A DNA stretch of 33,327 bases from Myxococcota bacterium (GTDB taxonomy: Bacteria; Myxococcota_C; UBA6777), in contig JAKLKB010000072.1 of assembly GCA_023150835.1 (NCBI GenBank), forward strand, positions 1-33,327, read 5' to 3'. Each line of letters opens with the position of its first letter. Position 1 is the first letter of the stretch. Position numbers and translations under genes: made by a program. This document shows positions 17,328 to 26,317 of the stretch, in pieces. A model generated the notes under the pieces. It saw only the letters and a list, made by a program, of their open reading frames with translations. It searched no databases and was not told the origin of the DNA.

Positions 17328-18581
17328 ATGTTGATCCAGAACAAGAAGCAAAAGTCGTATGTGGTGGTTGGTGGCGGATACGCGGGTCGGATGGCGGCGT
17401 TGCGTTTGCGCACGCGAGATCGAGCAGCGCGGATCGTGGTGGTGGAACCTTCGTCGGTGGTGGTCGAACGAGCGCGTTATCACGAAGTACTGGGCGGTTG
17501 GCGACAATGGAAGATCCCGATGGCTCAGGCATTGCCGCGTGATGGTGAGCATTGGCAAGGATGGGTGGAGGCGATCGATGCCACAAATCGCGTCGTGACA
17601 GCACGAATCGACGGAGAAGTGCGACGGATCGAGGCGGATGGGATCGTGGTAGCATTGGGCAGTCGGGCGCGTGGGATCGAAAGCATCGACGCCAAGATAC
17701 CCGTGTTCGGAGCAGAAGAGCCTGAAACAGCGGGAGTTGTAGGTGGATCGTACACCAAGGATGCTCCGTTGGTGGTGGTCGGAACAGGTTTGACGGGGAT
17801 CGAGATCGCGACGGTGCTTGCACAGCGGCATGGTGCGGGACGCGTAGTGTTGGTTGGAAGTGAAGAACCGGGTTCGGGTCTTTCAGAGGGCGCAAGGGCC
17901 TATACGCGGGCGTTTATGGAGCGAGTGGGGCTGCGCTTTGCGCTTGGTCGAGTCGAGCGCGTGGAAGGGGATACGTTGTTCTTTGCAGGGGACGAGCGAT
18001 GGCGCGCAGGTGCGGTGTTGGGATGCGCGGGTTTTCGTGTATCGCCTTTTGCGAAAGAGATGGGTTGGCCTGTCGATGCGCAAGGACGGGCGCTTGTGAC
18101 ACCAACGCTGGCACTCCCGAACACAGAAGGTATTTTTGTGGCAGGGGATCTGGCTGCATGCCATCAAGGAAACGCGCAAGGTCCGTTGTATCGGTCTGCA
18201 TGCGCAACCGCGATGCCGATGGGGTGCCATGCCGCCGAACAGATCATCCGATCAGCGCAAGGTCAAAAGGCGCTGCCCTTTTCGCTTGGCTATTTAGTGC
18301 AATGTGTAGCGCTCGGGCGTCGGGATGGTGTATTGCAATTCGTAGCGTCGGATGATCGGCCCACACCGCGCTTTTGGACAGGTTGGCGTGCTGCGTGGAC
18401 CAAAGAAGCGATCTTGCGTATGACATGGCAAGCCCCTGCGTTGGAACGATGCTTGCGCGTTCCTGTATTCCGCTGGGCGTCCTACCAAGCATCAGAGAGC
18501 AAGGCAGAGCAAACACCGCAGAACAAGGCAGAGAGAATGTCGGAGAGCAAGACAGATGGACACACAAAGCCTGCTGTTTGA
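17328..18581 (+). CDS. FAD-dependent pyridine nucleotide-disulfide (NDH-2-like) oxidoreductase
   Basis: AAGGAGGT RBS; VVVGGGYAG, VVVGTGLTGIE, IFVAGD, RSACATAMPMG, QCVALGRRDG; typical ECF41-linked gene. Confidence 0.9.
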   Translation: MLIQNKKQKSYVVVGGGYAGRMAALRLRTRDRAARIVVVEPSSVVVERARYHEVLGGWRQWKIPMAQALPRDGEHWQGWVEAIDATNRVVTARIDGEVRRIEADGIVVALGSRARGIESIDAKIPVFGAEEPETAGVVGGSYTKDAPLVVVGTGLTGIEIATVLAQRHGAGRVVLVGSEEPGSGLSEGARAYTRAFMERVGLRFALGRVERVEGDTLFFAGDERWRAGAVLGCAGFRVSPFAKEMGWPVDAQGRALVTPTLALPNTEGIFVAGDLAACHQGNAQGPLYRSACATAMPMGCHAAEQIIRSAQGQKALPFSLGYLVQCVALGRRDGVLQFVASDDRPTPRFWTGWRAAWTKEAILRMTWQAPALERCLRVPVFRWASYQASESKAEQTPQNKAERMSESKTDGHTKPAV

Positions 18582-19449
18582 ACAGCATCGGCGGAGAATG
18601 TTTGGCATCGCATACCGAATCCTCGGAAGCATCGAAGAAAGCGAAGATGTCGTACAAGAGACATGGTTGCGTTGGCGCGAAGCTTCGGAGATTCGGGAGC
18701 CTGCGGCGTGGTTGACTCGTGTGGTTGGGCGGCTTGCGCTGGATATCTTGCGTTCGGCCTACAAACGACGCGCCGTGTATATCGGGCCTTGGCTACCCGA
18801 ACCCGTCGAATCATCGGCCTTGAACGAAGATGCCCATGATCCTGTGCGTGCGCTGATCTTACGAGACGCAGCCTCCACCGCATTTTTACGGATGATGGGC
18901 TGCCTTTCACCTGCGGAACGTGTCGCTTTTGTGATGCGCCAAGTCTTCGATCTACCCTACGAAGAGATCGCCCTGATGCTCGAACGCACCGAAGAGGCCT
19001 GCCGCCAACTGGTCTCACGCGCCACACGAAAGCTCGGCACTTCCGAGCCCCCCACCCTCGACCACGAAGACAACCATCAAATGTTGTTATTCTCTTTTTT
19101 GCAGGCGCTCCAACAAGCCGATATACCGGCATTACAGCGCATCCTTTCGCAAGAAGTCTCTCTCTACAGCGATGGCGGCGGAGAAGTCTCTTCTGCACGC
19201 AGACCGTTGTTTGGCTTTCATCGCGTTTCGCGCTTTTGTTTGGGCCTCGCCCGAAAGAGCGATCCTTCCGACCGCGCCGAACTCGTTTCCCTCAACGGAA
19301 ACCTCGCTGTCTTGATCTGGCGGCACGATCACCCCTTCACCTTGATATCGATCACTTGCCACAACGACACCATCCACGAGATTCAGATGATCCGATCCCC
19401 CCGAAAGATCCGCAAAGTCTGCGCTCTCCTCGCTACCTCCGCTCCATAA
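18556..19449 (+). CDS. sigJ: ECF41 sigma-70 factor with C-terminal SnoaL-like extension
   Basis: AYRILGS..ESEDVVQETWLRW, YIGPWLPEP, CRQLVSRA, SDGGG motifs. Confidence 0.93.
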   Translation: MDTQSLLFEQHRRRMFGIAYRILGSIEESEDVVQETWLRWREASEIREPAAWLTRVVGRLALDILRSAYKRRAVYIGPWLPEPVESSALNEDAHDPVRALILRDAASTAFLRMMGCLSPAERVAFVMRQVFDLPYEEIALMLERTEEACRQLVSRATRKLGTSEPPTLDHEDNHQMLLFSFLQALQQADIPALQRILSQEVSLYSDGGGEVSSARRPLFGFHRVSRFCLGLARKSDPSDRAELVSLNGNLAVLIWRHDHPFTLISITCHNDTIHEIQMIRSPRKIRKVCALLATSAP

Positions 19450-19826
19450 AAACAACCCCGTTTCCGACTCGCGCAAGACCTCCCTCGTGTTCGCGCTGCT
19501 CCTTGCGGCAGAGTCGTAACAATTATTTTTGCAAAGAACTTGCGATAAGAAAGCGTGGTTTGGCGCGGATGCTTGCGTTGCAAGGTGGATCGGCGCATAC
19601 AAAGGACGTTGACAAGCCGACGAACGGTCGCTATAGCACTCGATCGTGTGGGCGAAAAAAGCGACACACAGAGAGGCTGTTCGATACCTCGCGTTCTTCG
19701 CCATGTTGGAGACGCAACCCCACCGAGAACGGAACCATTCGGATCATGCGACACCACCCACCAACACCCAAACACGCCTGTTTCTGGCTTGTTCAGAACG
19801 GTTTAAGCAGAAGCCTAGAACGCAAG

Positions 19827-20255
19827 ATGCGTATTTTGGCGCTGTGGTGCATCGGGTTGGTGTGGTTCATACAATCCGCAGGATGGCTCGCAGGAGCGGG
19901 CACTCAAACGCAGATCGCGCACCGCGCTTGCCATCATCTGGTGCATCGCCTTCACGACACTTCACAAATCCCCGCCTATTCGGTCGAATCGGCCTCTACA
20001 CACCAACGTTCTTGGGAACCCTCACACGAGCGCTTCTTTCCTGACCCAGCGTTCGAGTGCGTTTCTTCTTCTTTTTCTCTACCTTCCTCTTTTACCGTGC
20101 TTTCTTCGGAGCGTTCATTCCACAAAAGCACGCCCTCGCGGTTCTTTTCGCAGCGCCGACCACCACCCTATCCGATCGATCGACTTCGCCTCGCCCCCAA
20201 ACAGTCCCCACCATATGCCTCTGTAACCACACAAACAGCCACCGTACACCCATAA
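19827..20255 (+). CDS. Putative exported His-rich leader ORF with LAPKQSPP motif (DUF2946-like)
   Basis: Hydrophobic N-terminus, HRACHHLVHRLH cluster, RLAPKQSPP near the C-terminus; immediately upstream of the receptor gene. Confidence 0.6.
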   Translation: MRILALWCIGLVWFIQSAGWLAGAGTQTQIAHRACHHLVHRLHDTSQIPAYSVESASTHQRSWEPSHERFFPDPAFECVSSSFSLPSSFTVLSSERSFHKSTPSRFFSQRRPPPYPIDRLRLAPKQSPPYASVTTQTATVHP

Positions 20256-20261
20256 CGCGTT

Positions 20262-23213
20262 TTGCGCTCCGAATTCTTTCGGGCTTCAACAACTTATGCT
20301 CTTGGCGCGATGTCAAGGTGCGTGCGTCTTTTCCGTTCGCAACGCATTTGCTCCCCCTCGAAAGACAAGGTTGTTGGCAAACGTAAAGAAAGCACACTCT
20401 TGATCCAGCGTTGGTTTTTCGGCTTGTTTTTGGGAATATGTTTGGGGCCCTTTGGAAGAATCGGAGAGCAGCTTCTGTGCGCTGAAACGCCCAGAAGACG
20501 GCCTGTTTTGGGCAGCCACAGGGGGCTGCCCCTACGTTTTACGATCTCACAACAAGCGGATCTCGGATCGCACCCCTCCCGCTCACTCGCACAAAAGCAC
20601 CCGCCTCGCGCTTACGATCTCCGAGTGATGCGCACGCAAAGCATCGTTCGCAGACGCCCTGTTTTGGGCAGCCACAGGGGGCTGCCCCTACGTTTTACGA
20701 TCTCACGACAAGCGGATCTCGGATCGCACCCCTCCCGCTCACCCGCACAAAAGCACCCCTCTCGCTTGGTTGCACAAGAGCTTCCTTCCGTCGAAGAGAT
20801 CAAAGAACTCAAGCAGAAGTCTTCTCCGACAACGCGTCCGACACTTCCACCCCACAAAACACCGACATCTCCACAGCCCGCTGCACCACAAACACCGACA
20901 TCTCCACAGCCCGCTGCACCACAAACACCGACACCTCCACAGCCCGCTGCACCACAAACACCGACACCTCCACAGCCCGCTGCACCACAAACACCATCCC
21001 TCCCCCAATCGATCCGCCAAACGTCGGCACCTCCGAAACCTGCTGCATCACAAACATCGACACCTCCGCAGCCTGCTGCACCACAAACGCCGCCACGTCC
21101 GAAACAACCTCAACGCGATGTGACGCTAGACGATGCGACCGTGTTGGGAAAGCGCCAACAACGCAGCGATGCGGCCTCACGTTTTCAGATCGAACTGGGG
21201 GCGTTGCAGATCATCCCGCGAAAAGATGTCACCGAGCAGCTGATGTTGGCTCCGGGGGTGTTGACCATCAATCACGGCGGAGAAGGGCACGCGCAAGAGA
21301 CCTATATGCGGGGATTTGCAGCAGGTGAGGGGCAGGACATCGAGTTTTTGGTCGACGGTGTTCCGCTCAACGAGGTCAGCAATCCACACGGTCACGGTTA
21401 TACGGATCTGTATTTCATACCACCCGAATTCGTGCGATCGCTCGATATCACAGAAGGCGTCTTTGAGGCGAGCCAAGGGGACTTTGCTTTTGCAGGGACG
21501 GCGCATTATCGGCTCGGTGTAGAAGAACGCGGAGCGCGGCTTTCGTATCGTGGCGGGATGTGGAACACCCATCGCTTGGTGCTGATGTACGCGCCACCGT
21601 CTGAACCTGCCGAGACGTTCGCTGGTTTTGAGCTGTACCGCACAGACGGCTACGGTCAAAATCGCTCGGCACAACGGGCTTTGGGGTTGGGACGTTATCT
21701 GTTGCGCGACACAGGAACCTTTCGGATGGCCTTTTCTGTCTATGCTTACGCTGCGCGCTTTGATCAAGCAGGCGTGATCCGCCAAGATGACTTTTTGGCC
21801 GGACGGATCGGCTTCTTTGAGACCTACGATCCGAACCAAGGCGGAGAGAGCAATCGTTTGTTGTTATCGGTCGATACGGCCTTTGGCCCACGAGAGCAGC
21901 GCTTTCAGATGGTGGTATTTGCGGGGTATCGGACGATGCGCCTCCGAAATAACTTTACGGGGTGGCTCAATGACCTCAAGATCGACCCCGACGGGACACC
22001 TGTCACGAAACAGCGCGGCGATGGAAACGAGATGCGTTATGGTGTGTTAACGGCGGGTTCACGGGGTGATTACACGCTCACGCTCAACATCGCAAAGCAA
22101 CAACAGATCGTCTCGATGGGTTATGCGCTGCGCGTCGATCATGGTGATTCCTCGATATCGCGTTTGCGCTCTGTGACGGCGATCCCGTATCGACGGATCT
22201 TTGACTTTGGTTTTACCACCCTGAATATCGCGGGCTGGATGCAAGGGCAGCTTCGATTTACCACGTGGTTCGGACTGCGTGCAGGGGTGCGGATCGACAC
22301 GTTTGGTTTTGGTGTGTTGGATCGCAACCAACCCACCGCCGATCGCGAAGGCCGTCGGCTCTCCGATCAAAGCAGCCAAGCCTTTGGCTTTGCGATCAAT
22401 CCTCGCGCTACGTTGGACTTTCGCTTGTGGCCTGCCTTGCATCTGTTGATCAGCTACGGTCAAGGAACCCGATCCACCGAAGCAGCCGCCCTCTCCGACA
22501 ACGAGACCGCTCCTTTTGCCCGCGCCCAAGTCGCCGATATCGGCCTTTCGTACACCTATGGCCGCCAAGGTGCGGGGATCTTTCTCAAATCCCAACTCAG
22601 CTATGTTTTTTCTTACGTCGACAAAGACTTGATCTTTGACGAAGAAGTCGGACGCAACGTCCTCACCAGCGCTTCGATGCGACATGCTGTCTTGTTGGGC
22701 GTACGGATGAACTACAACCGCTGGCTTGATGCCTTGGTCAACGTGGGATGGGCGCACGCAACGCGCCTTGATACGGGCGAATTATTCCCTTACATCCCGC
22801 AATGGGTGGTGCGTGCAGATATCGCCGTCAATGGGCCGCTGTTTGGTTGGAAAGTCGGTGGACGCCCTGTCTGGGGCCGCGTCGGTCTTGGATTCACCTT
22901 CGTTCCGGGGCGGCCCTTGCCCTACCAAGAATGGGGCGATCCATTTTATTTGTTGAGCCTTGGGGGATCGATGCGCTTTTGGCATATCGAATTGGGCGTC
23001 GAAGCGCGCAATCTGCTCGGGTTTCAGTACCGACAAGCCGAATTTTCTTACACAAGCAATTTCGCAGGCCCAACCGCCATCCCGCCCCGCTTACCCGAAC
23101 GGCACTTTGCCGCAGGCGAACCGCTTACGATCATGGCGAACTTGACGCTGCATCTCGAAGAGATGTTGGTGCAGCTTCAAACAGCCACAAGAGAAGAAAA
23201 GAGGAAAAAATGA
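20262..23213 (+). CDS. TonB-dependent receptor (MxcH-like) with long repetitive N-terminal extension
   Basis: Plug motifs GEGHAQETYMRGF..GEGQDIEFLVDGVPLNE.SN.HG.GY.DL.FIPPE; beta-barrel with RNLLG near the C-terminus. Real start may be ATG 20310 or TTG 20400. Confidence 0.9.
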   Translation: MRSEFFRASTTYALGAMSRCVRLFRSQRICSPSKDKVVGKRKESTLLIQRWFFGLFLGICLGPFGRIGEQLLCAETPRRRPVLGSHRGLPLRFTISQQADLGSHPSRSLAQKHPPRAYDLRVMRTQSIVRRRPVLGSHRGLPLRFTISRQADLGSHPSRSPAQKHPSRLVAQELPSVEEIKELKQKSSPTTRPTLPPHKTPTSPQPAAPQTPTSPQPAAPQTPTPPQPAAPQTPTPPQPAAPQTPSLPQSIRQTSAPPKPAASQTSTPPQPAAPQTPPRPKQPQRDVTLDDATVLGKRQQRSDAASRFQIELGALQIIPRKDVTEQLMLAPGVLTINHGGEGHAQETYMRGFAAGEGQDIEFLVDGVPLNEVSNPHGHGYTDLYFIPPEFVRSLDITEGVFEASQGDFAFAGTAHYRLGVEERGARLSYRGGMWNTHRLVLMYAPPSEPAETFAGFELYRTDGYGQNRSAQRALGLGRYLLRDTGTFRMAFSVYAYAARFDQAGVIRQDDFLAGRIGFFETYDPNQGGESNRLLLSVDTAFGPREQRFQMVVFAGYRTMRLRNNFTGWLNDLKIDPDGTPVTKQRGDGNEMRYGVLTAGSRGDYTLTLNIAKQQQIVSMGYALRVDHGDSSISRLRSVTAIPYRRIFDFGFTTLNIAGWMQGQLRFTTWFGLRAGVRIDTFGFGVLDRNQPTADREGRRLSDQSSQAFGFAINPRATLDFRLWPALHLLISYGQGTRSTEAAALSDNETAPFARAQVADIGLSYTYGRQGAGIFLKSQLSYVFSYVDKDLIFDEEVGRNVLTSASMRHAVLLGVRMNYNRWLDALVNVGWAHATRLDTGELFPYIPQWVVRADIAVNGPLFGWKVGGRPVWGRVGLGFTFVPGRPLPYQEWGDPFYLLSLGGSMRFWHIELGVEARNLLGFQYRQAEFSYTSNFAGPTAIPPRLPERHFAAGEPLTIMANLTLHLEEMLVQLQTATREEKRKK
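20496..20765. repeat. Two ~114-bp direct repeats (156-bp period), each carrying a GTAG-family REP, inside the receptor ORF
   Basis: 20496-20609 and 20652-20765; minus strand GTAGGGGCAGCCCCCTGTGGCTGCCC. Confidence 0.88.
20853..21095 (+). repeat. 30-bp coding repeats (QTPT[S/P]PQPAAP) forming a Pro-rich linker
   Basis: About four near-perfect copies plus several degenerate copies. Confidence 0.9.
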
Positions 23214-23953
23214 ACATAGCAATCGCGCCGATGGGCTTGTTTTGTGGGGCGTTGCCCCACACCCCACAAGGGAGCATCGCCCCCTTGACCCCATGTCGGC
23301 GAAGAGATCGCCGTTTTTCACTCCCACAACTCTGTCGATTGAAAGGGCGCGAACACGGGGGGAGTTTTGGCCGAAGTGTCACTCCGATCCACAGCGGCCT
23401 ACATCCGAGGAGAACGCGAACACAAGGCAGAAGGATTGGAAACTGCGCAGCAATGGTCAAAAGAGGGATTGCGCTTTGGGGTCTCGCTGTTTTGGTCGTG
23501 GCAACCCTCCGATGCGACGGGCAAAATAGCGAGTTTGCGTGCGGCCTAAACCAAAATGGCTGGCAGCGCTGCGTAGACAACAAGATCCGCTATTGTCACG
23601 CAACCACCGAAGAAGACGGTCATTTTCACTGGGGGCAAAAGTGCGTCGATCAAGGCTTGCTCTGCGAGATCGTCGGCGAACGCAAAGCCGCCTGCATCGA
23701 CAAAACCAAAGCCTGTCAAGCCAACGAAGCCAAGTGCGAAAACAACACCGTTTACACCTGCATCAACGGCTTTTTTTCGGTGACTCCCTGTGGTACGGCC
23801 AAGACCTGCACCGTAGAAGGCGGATCCGCCCAATGCAAGAGCAATAGTGGCCCTGCGTGCAACGGACACGGCGATATCTACGACGGAAAGTGCGAATGCA
23901 ACAAAGGCTACAAAGTCGATGCGTCCGATGCGACGAAGTGCATCGCAGAATGA
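23210..23953 (+). CDS. Cys-rich/EGF-like exported protein (probable lipoprotein) with His cluster
   Basis: ATG 23210 overlaps the receptor TGA with a GAGG RBS; alternative ATG 23453 gives signal MVKRGIALWGLAVLVVATLRC; CHATTEEDGHFHWG; terminal CNGHG...CECNKGY. Confidence 0.78.
   Translation: MNIAIAPMGLFCGALPHTPQGSIAPLTPCRRRDRRFSLPQLCRLKGREHGGSFGRSVTPIHSGLHPRRTRTQGRRIGNCAAMVKRGIALWGLAVLVVATLRCDGQNSEFACGLNQNGWQRCVDNKIRYCHATTEEDGHFHWGQKCVDQGLLCEIVGERKAACIDKTKACQANEAKCENNTVYTCINGFFSVTPCGTAKTCTVEGGSAQCKSNSGPACNGHGDIYDGKCECNKGYKVDASDATKCIAE
23240..23370 (+). repeat. ~130-bp structured dispersed repeat, copy D
   Basis: TTTTGTGGGGCGTTGCCCCACACCCCACAAGGG...CCCTTGACCCCATGTCGGCGAAGAGATC...GCGAACACGGGGGG. 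Confidence 0.88.
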
Positions 23954-23993
23954 GGCCGCTCTATCCGATGCGACGAAGTGCATCGCAGAATAA
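23924..23993 (+). repeat. Duplication of the last ~30 bp of the Cys-rich gene including its stop (40-bp period)
   Basis: TCCGATGCGACGAAGTGCATCGCAGAAT(G/A)A at 23924 and 23964. Confidence 0.9.
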
Positions 23994-24036
23994 TTCGGAA
24001 AAAAAGCGTACGACAAAAAAAGGAGCATCGCGTTGG

Positions 24037-24168
24037 CCCAAAACCCCCGTGTTCGCGTCATGTCGAGCGGCTGTGCTGTGGGTCTGAAAAACACCTGCTC
24101 GCTCCGCCGATACGGGGTCAAGGGGGCCGAGACCCCTTGCGGGGCGTGGGGCAGCGCCCCACAAAACC
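24037..24168 (-). repeat. ~130-bp structured dispersed repeat, copy E
   Basis: Reverse complement GGTTTTGTGGGGCGCTGCCCCACGCCCCGCAAGGGG...CCCCTTGACCCCGTATCGGCG...GCGAACACGGGGGTTTTGG. Confidence 0.88.
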
Positions 24169-24241
24169 ATTCAAAGGCTTAATTCCTCAAAGAGTCGGAA
24201 AAGACATCCGATAAAAAGTAGGGATCGAGGAGAAGAAGAAG

Positions 24242-25006
24242 ATGCGTTGGTATGGATGGCTGTGTTTGATTGTGGGATTGTGGGGTTGTGAGGCGAAGAC
24301 AAGCGGTGTCAAGATCCAGTTTCAGGCGTCGGTGGTGGGAGCGATGTCCGATGGAAAGCCTGTGGGGGTCTTTGAAAATCGGCAGGGCTGGAAAGTGACG
24401 TTGGAGAAGGCACACTTTCTTTTCGGTCCTGTGGTCTTTTACGAAGGCAAGCCGCGTGTAGCGTGGTGGCGAGAGTTGCCACGATGGGGATCGGCGTATG
24501 CTGATCCCGGCCATGTGACGGTCGATAACCGCAAAGTGCTTGCGGAGGTGCGTGGGCAATATGTCTTGGATCTGTTGAAGGGCGAGGCGCTTGATCTCGG
24601 AAAAAACAGCGGGATCGAAGGGACGTTGCAATCCGTCGAGTTGCAGTTGTTACCGCCCGCAGGTGGAGTGATCGGAACGGTGGCCGAGATGGAAGGAGCG
24701 ACTTTTTCGGCACTTGGTCAAGCAGAAAAAGCTGGAGAGATCAGAAGATTTCATACGAAGCTGACGATCCCTGACGGCGGAACGCAGCGACTGGTGCAAG
24801 GGATCGAAGCGGAAGTTGCTTTGTCAGCAGCGAAGGTGGGGACGGGTCGGCTGGAAGTGCGGATCTTTGTGGATCGGTTGTTGGGGAGCGTCGACTTCGG
24901 GGGTTTGAGCGAAAAGGAGGGAGAGCGTTATGTGTTGAATGAAAAAGACGGCGGGATCGTGCAAGGGATACGGTCGCGTTATTCGTACGGCGTGGTCTGG
25001 AGGTAA
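24242..25006 (+). CDS. Lipoprotein associated with the TonB-dependent receptor
   Basis: GAGGAG RBS; lipobox LWGC; GWKVTLEKA and ADPGH motifs; beta-rich. Confidence 0.85.
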   Translation: MRWYGWLCLIVGLWGCEAKTSGVKIQFQASVVGAMSDGKPVGVFENRQGWKVTLEKAHFLFGPVVFYEGKPRVAWWRELPRWGSAYADPGHVTVDNRKVLAEVRGQYVLDLLKGEALDLGKNSGIEGTLQSVELQLLPPAGGVIGTVAEMEGATFSALGQAEKAGEIRRFHTKLTIPDGGTQRLVQGIEAEVALSAAKVGTGRLEVRIFVDRLLGSVDFGGLSEKEGERYVLNEKDGGIVQGIRSRYSYGVVWR

Positions 25007-25008
25007 GG

Positions 25009-25953
25009 ATGCGGGATCTGCGTTGGTTTGTGTGGTTTGTGTGCGGGGCGTGCTTGGTTTGGGGTGCGTCGGCTTGTACAGGCGAAGACTTCGCTGGCAA
25101 GGGAACGGTGGCCTTGTCGCTGAGTGGTGGAGAAGCTTTACGCGAAGGATTTCCACACAAGGAGAGCGGTACAGAGCGATCATTTGTGGATGGATGGAAG
25201 CTCAAGTTTACAAAACTGCTGATCGTGGTGGGTGACGTCGCGTTGGTGCGGCCCGAAAAGAAGGATGTGGCGGCCTCTTGGAAAGGTCCGCTTTTGGTGG
25301 ATATGATGGCCGAAGCCGTCCAAGGTGGCGGAACACAGGGGACATTGGAGTTTGCGGAGATCAAGGACGTTCCGGCCTTGCGCTTGAATGTGGGATTTTC
25401 GGTGCTTCCCGCAACAGCAGGGGTCGAAAAGAGATACGCCACAGAAGCCGACGCCAACGAGATGATCGCAAAGGGTTGGTCTTTTTTGTTTGAAGGAACC
25501 GCAAACAAAGAAGGGACGGCAGAGATCAAGTTTCGTTTGGGGCTACCGCTACATCTGCGCTATTCGGAGTGCAGCAACGGCAAGGACTCGACCTTGGGCT
25601 TGGCGGTAGAGAGCAACAAAAAGACAGGCGCGTTGATCTACTTGCATCCGATCCATCTGTTTTGGGATTCCTTGGGCGAAGGCAAAAGCAAGCTGCGCTT
25701 TGATGCGTTTGCAGCGGTGGCAGGTGACGATAAGCTCGTTGTATCGGATGAGTTGGCGACCCAAGACCTCACAAAACTCAAAGGACTCAATGGAGAGCGA
25801 CTCAAAGGAGCAGACGGCGCGTTGGTGTACTACGACGACAACGGACTTTTACCACCCGATCAGTTGAATCTACTGGCCTTTTTCCAATTTGCGGTGCGAG
25901 ATAGCATCCATTTTAACGGGTTGGGGCTGTGCAGATCCGAGCGGATCCGATGA
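25009..25953 (+). CDS. Lipoprotein associated with the TonB-dependent receptor
   Basis: GGAGGT RBS; lipobox ASAC; FVDGWKLKFTK, HPIHLFWD, HFNGLGLC motifs. Confidence 0.85.
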   Translation: MRDLRWFVWFVCGACLVWGASACTGEDFAGKGTVALSLSGGEALREGFPHKESGTERSFVDGWKLKFTKLLIVVGDVALVRPEKKDVAASWKGPLLVDMMAEAVQGGGTQGTLEFAEIKDVPALRLNVGFSVLPATAGVEKRYATEADANEMIAKGWSFLFEGTANKEGTAEIKFRLGLPLHLRYSECSNGKDSTLGLAVESNKKTGALIYLHPIHLFWDSLGEGKSKLRFDAFAAVAGDDKLVVSDELATQDLTKLKGLNGERLKGADGALVYYDDNGLLPPDQLNLLAFFQFAVRDSIHFNGLGLCRSERIR

Positions 25954-26120
25954 GGTGGTGTATGTGGCGGATCCGATGAGGTGGTGGATCCGATGAGGTG
26001 GTGGATTCGATGAGGTGGTGTATTCGATGAGGTGGTGTATTCGATGAGGTGGTGTATGTGGTGGATTCGATGAGGTGGTGTATGTGGCGGATTCGGTGAG
26101 GTGGTGTATGTGGCGGATTC
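25941..26120. repeat. Mixed 17/26-bp tandem array (GGAT[C/T]CGATGAGGTGGT[GTATGTG]) starting in the last codons of the upstream gene
   Basis: About 8 units seen directly; the first includes the stop TGA at 25951-25953. Confidence 0.9.
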
Positions 26121-26317
26121 TTTGTCGTGGATGGGAGAGAGGCACAAGGCCGAGCAAAGCAGCAGCGTTCGGCTGTCGATGGCTGTTTGCTTGCGGGCGA
26201 TCTACGTATGCTTGGTTGCGGGCGGCTTTTGATGCCTTGGCGACGAAGCCATCGTTAGAGGCGGCTTTTTCTGACTTGGCTACGGGGGCTTGGTGGACGG
26301 GCTATCTTGCTTTGGCT

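Noticed and set aside
22802-23209. Upstream part of the 383-aa ORF
   Set aside because: Overlaps the receptor in another frame; the real start is 23210 or 23453.
25941-26120. Possible CRISPR array or His-rich minus-strand ORFs (25860-26157)
   Set aside because: No unique spacers; the ORFs are translations of a simple repeat, antisense to the operon.
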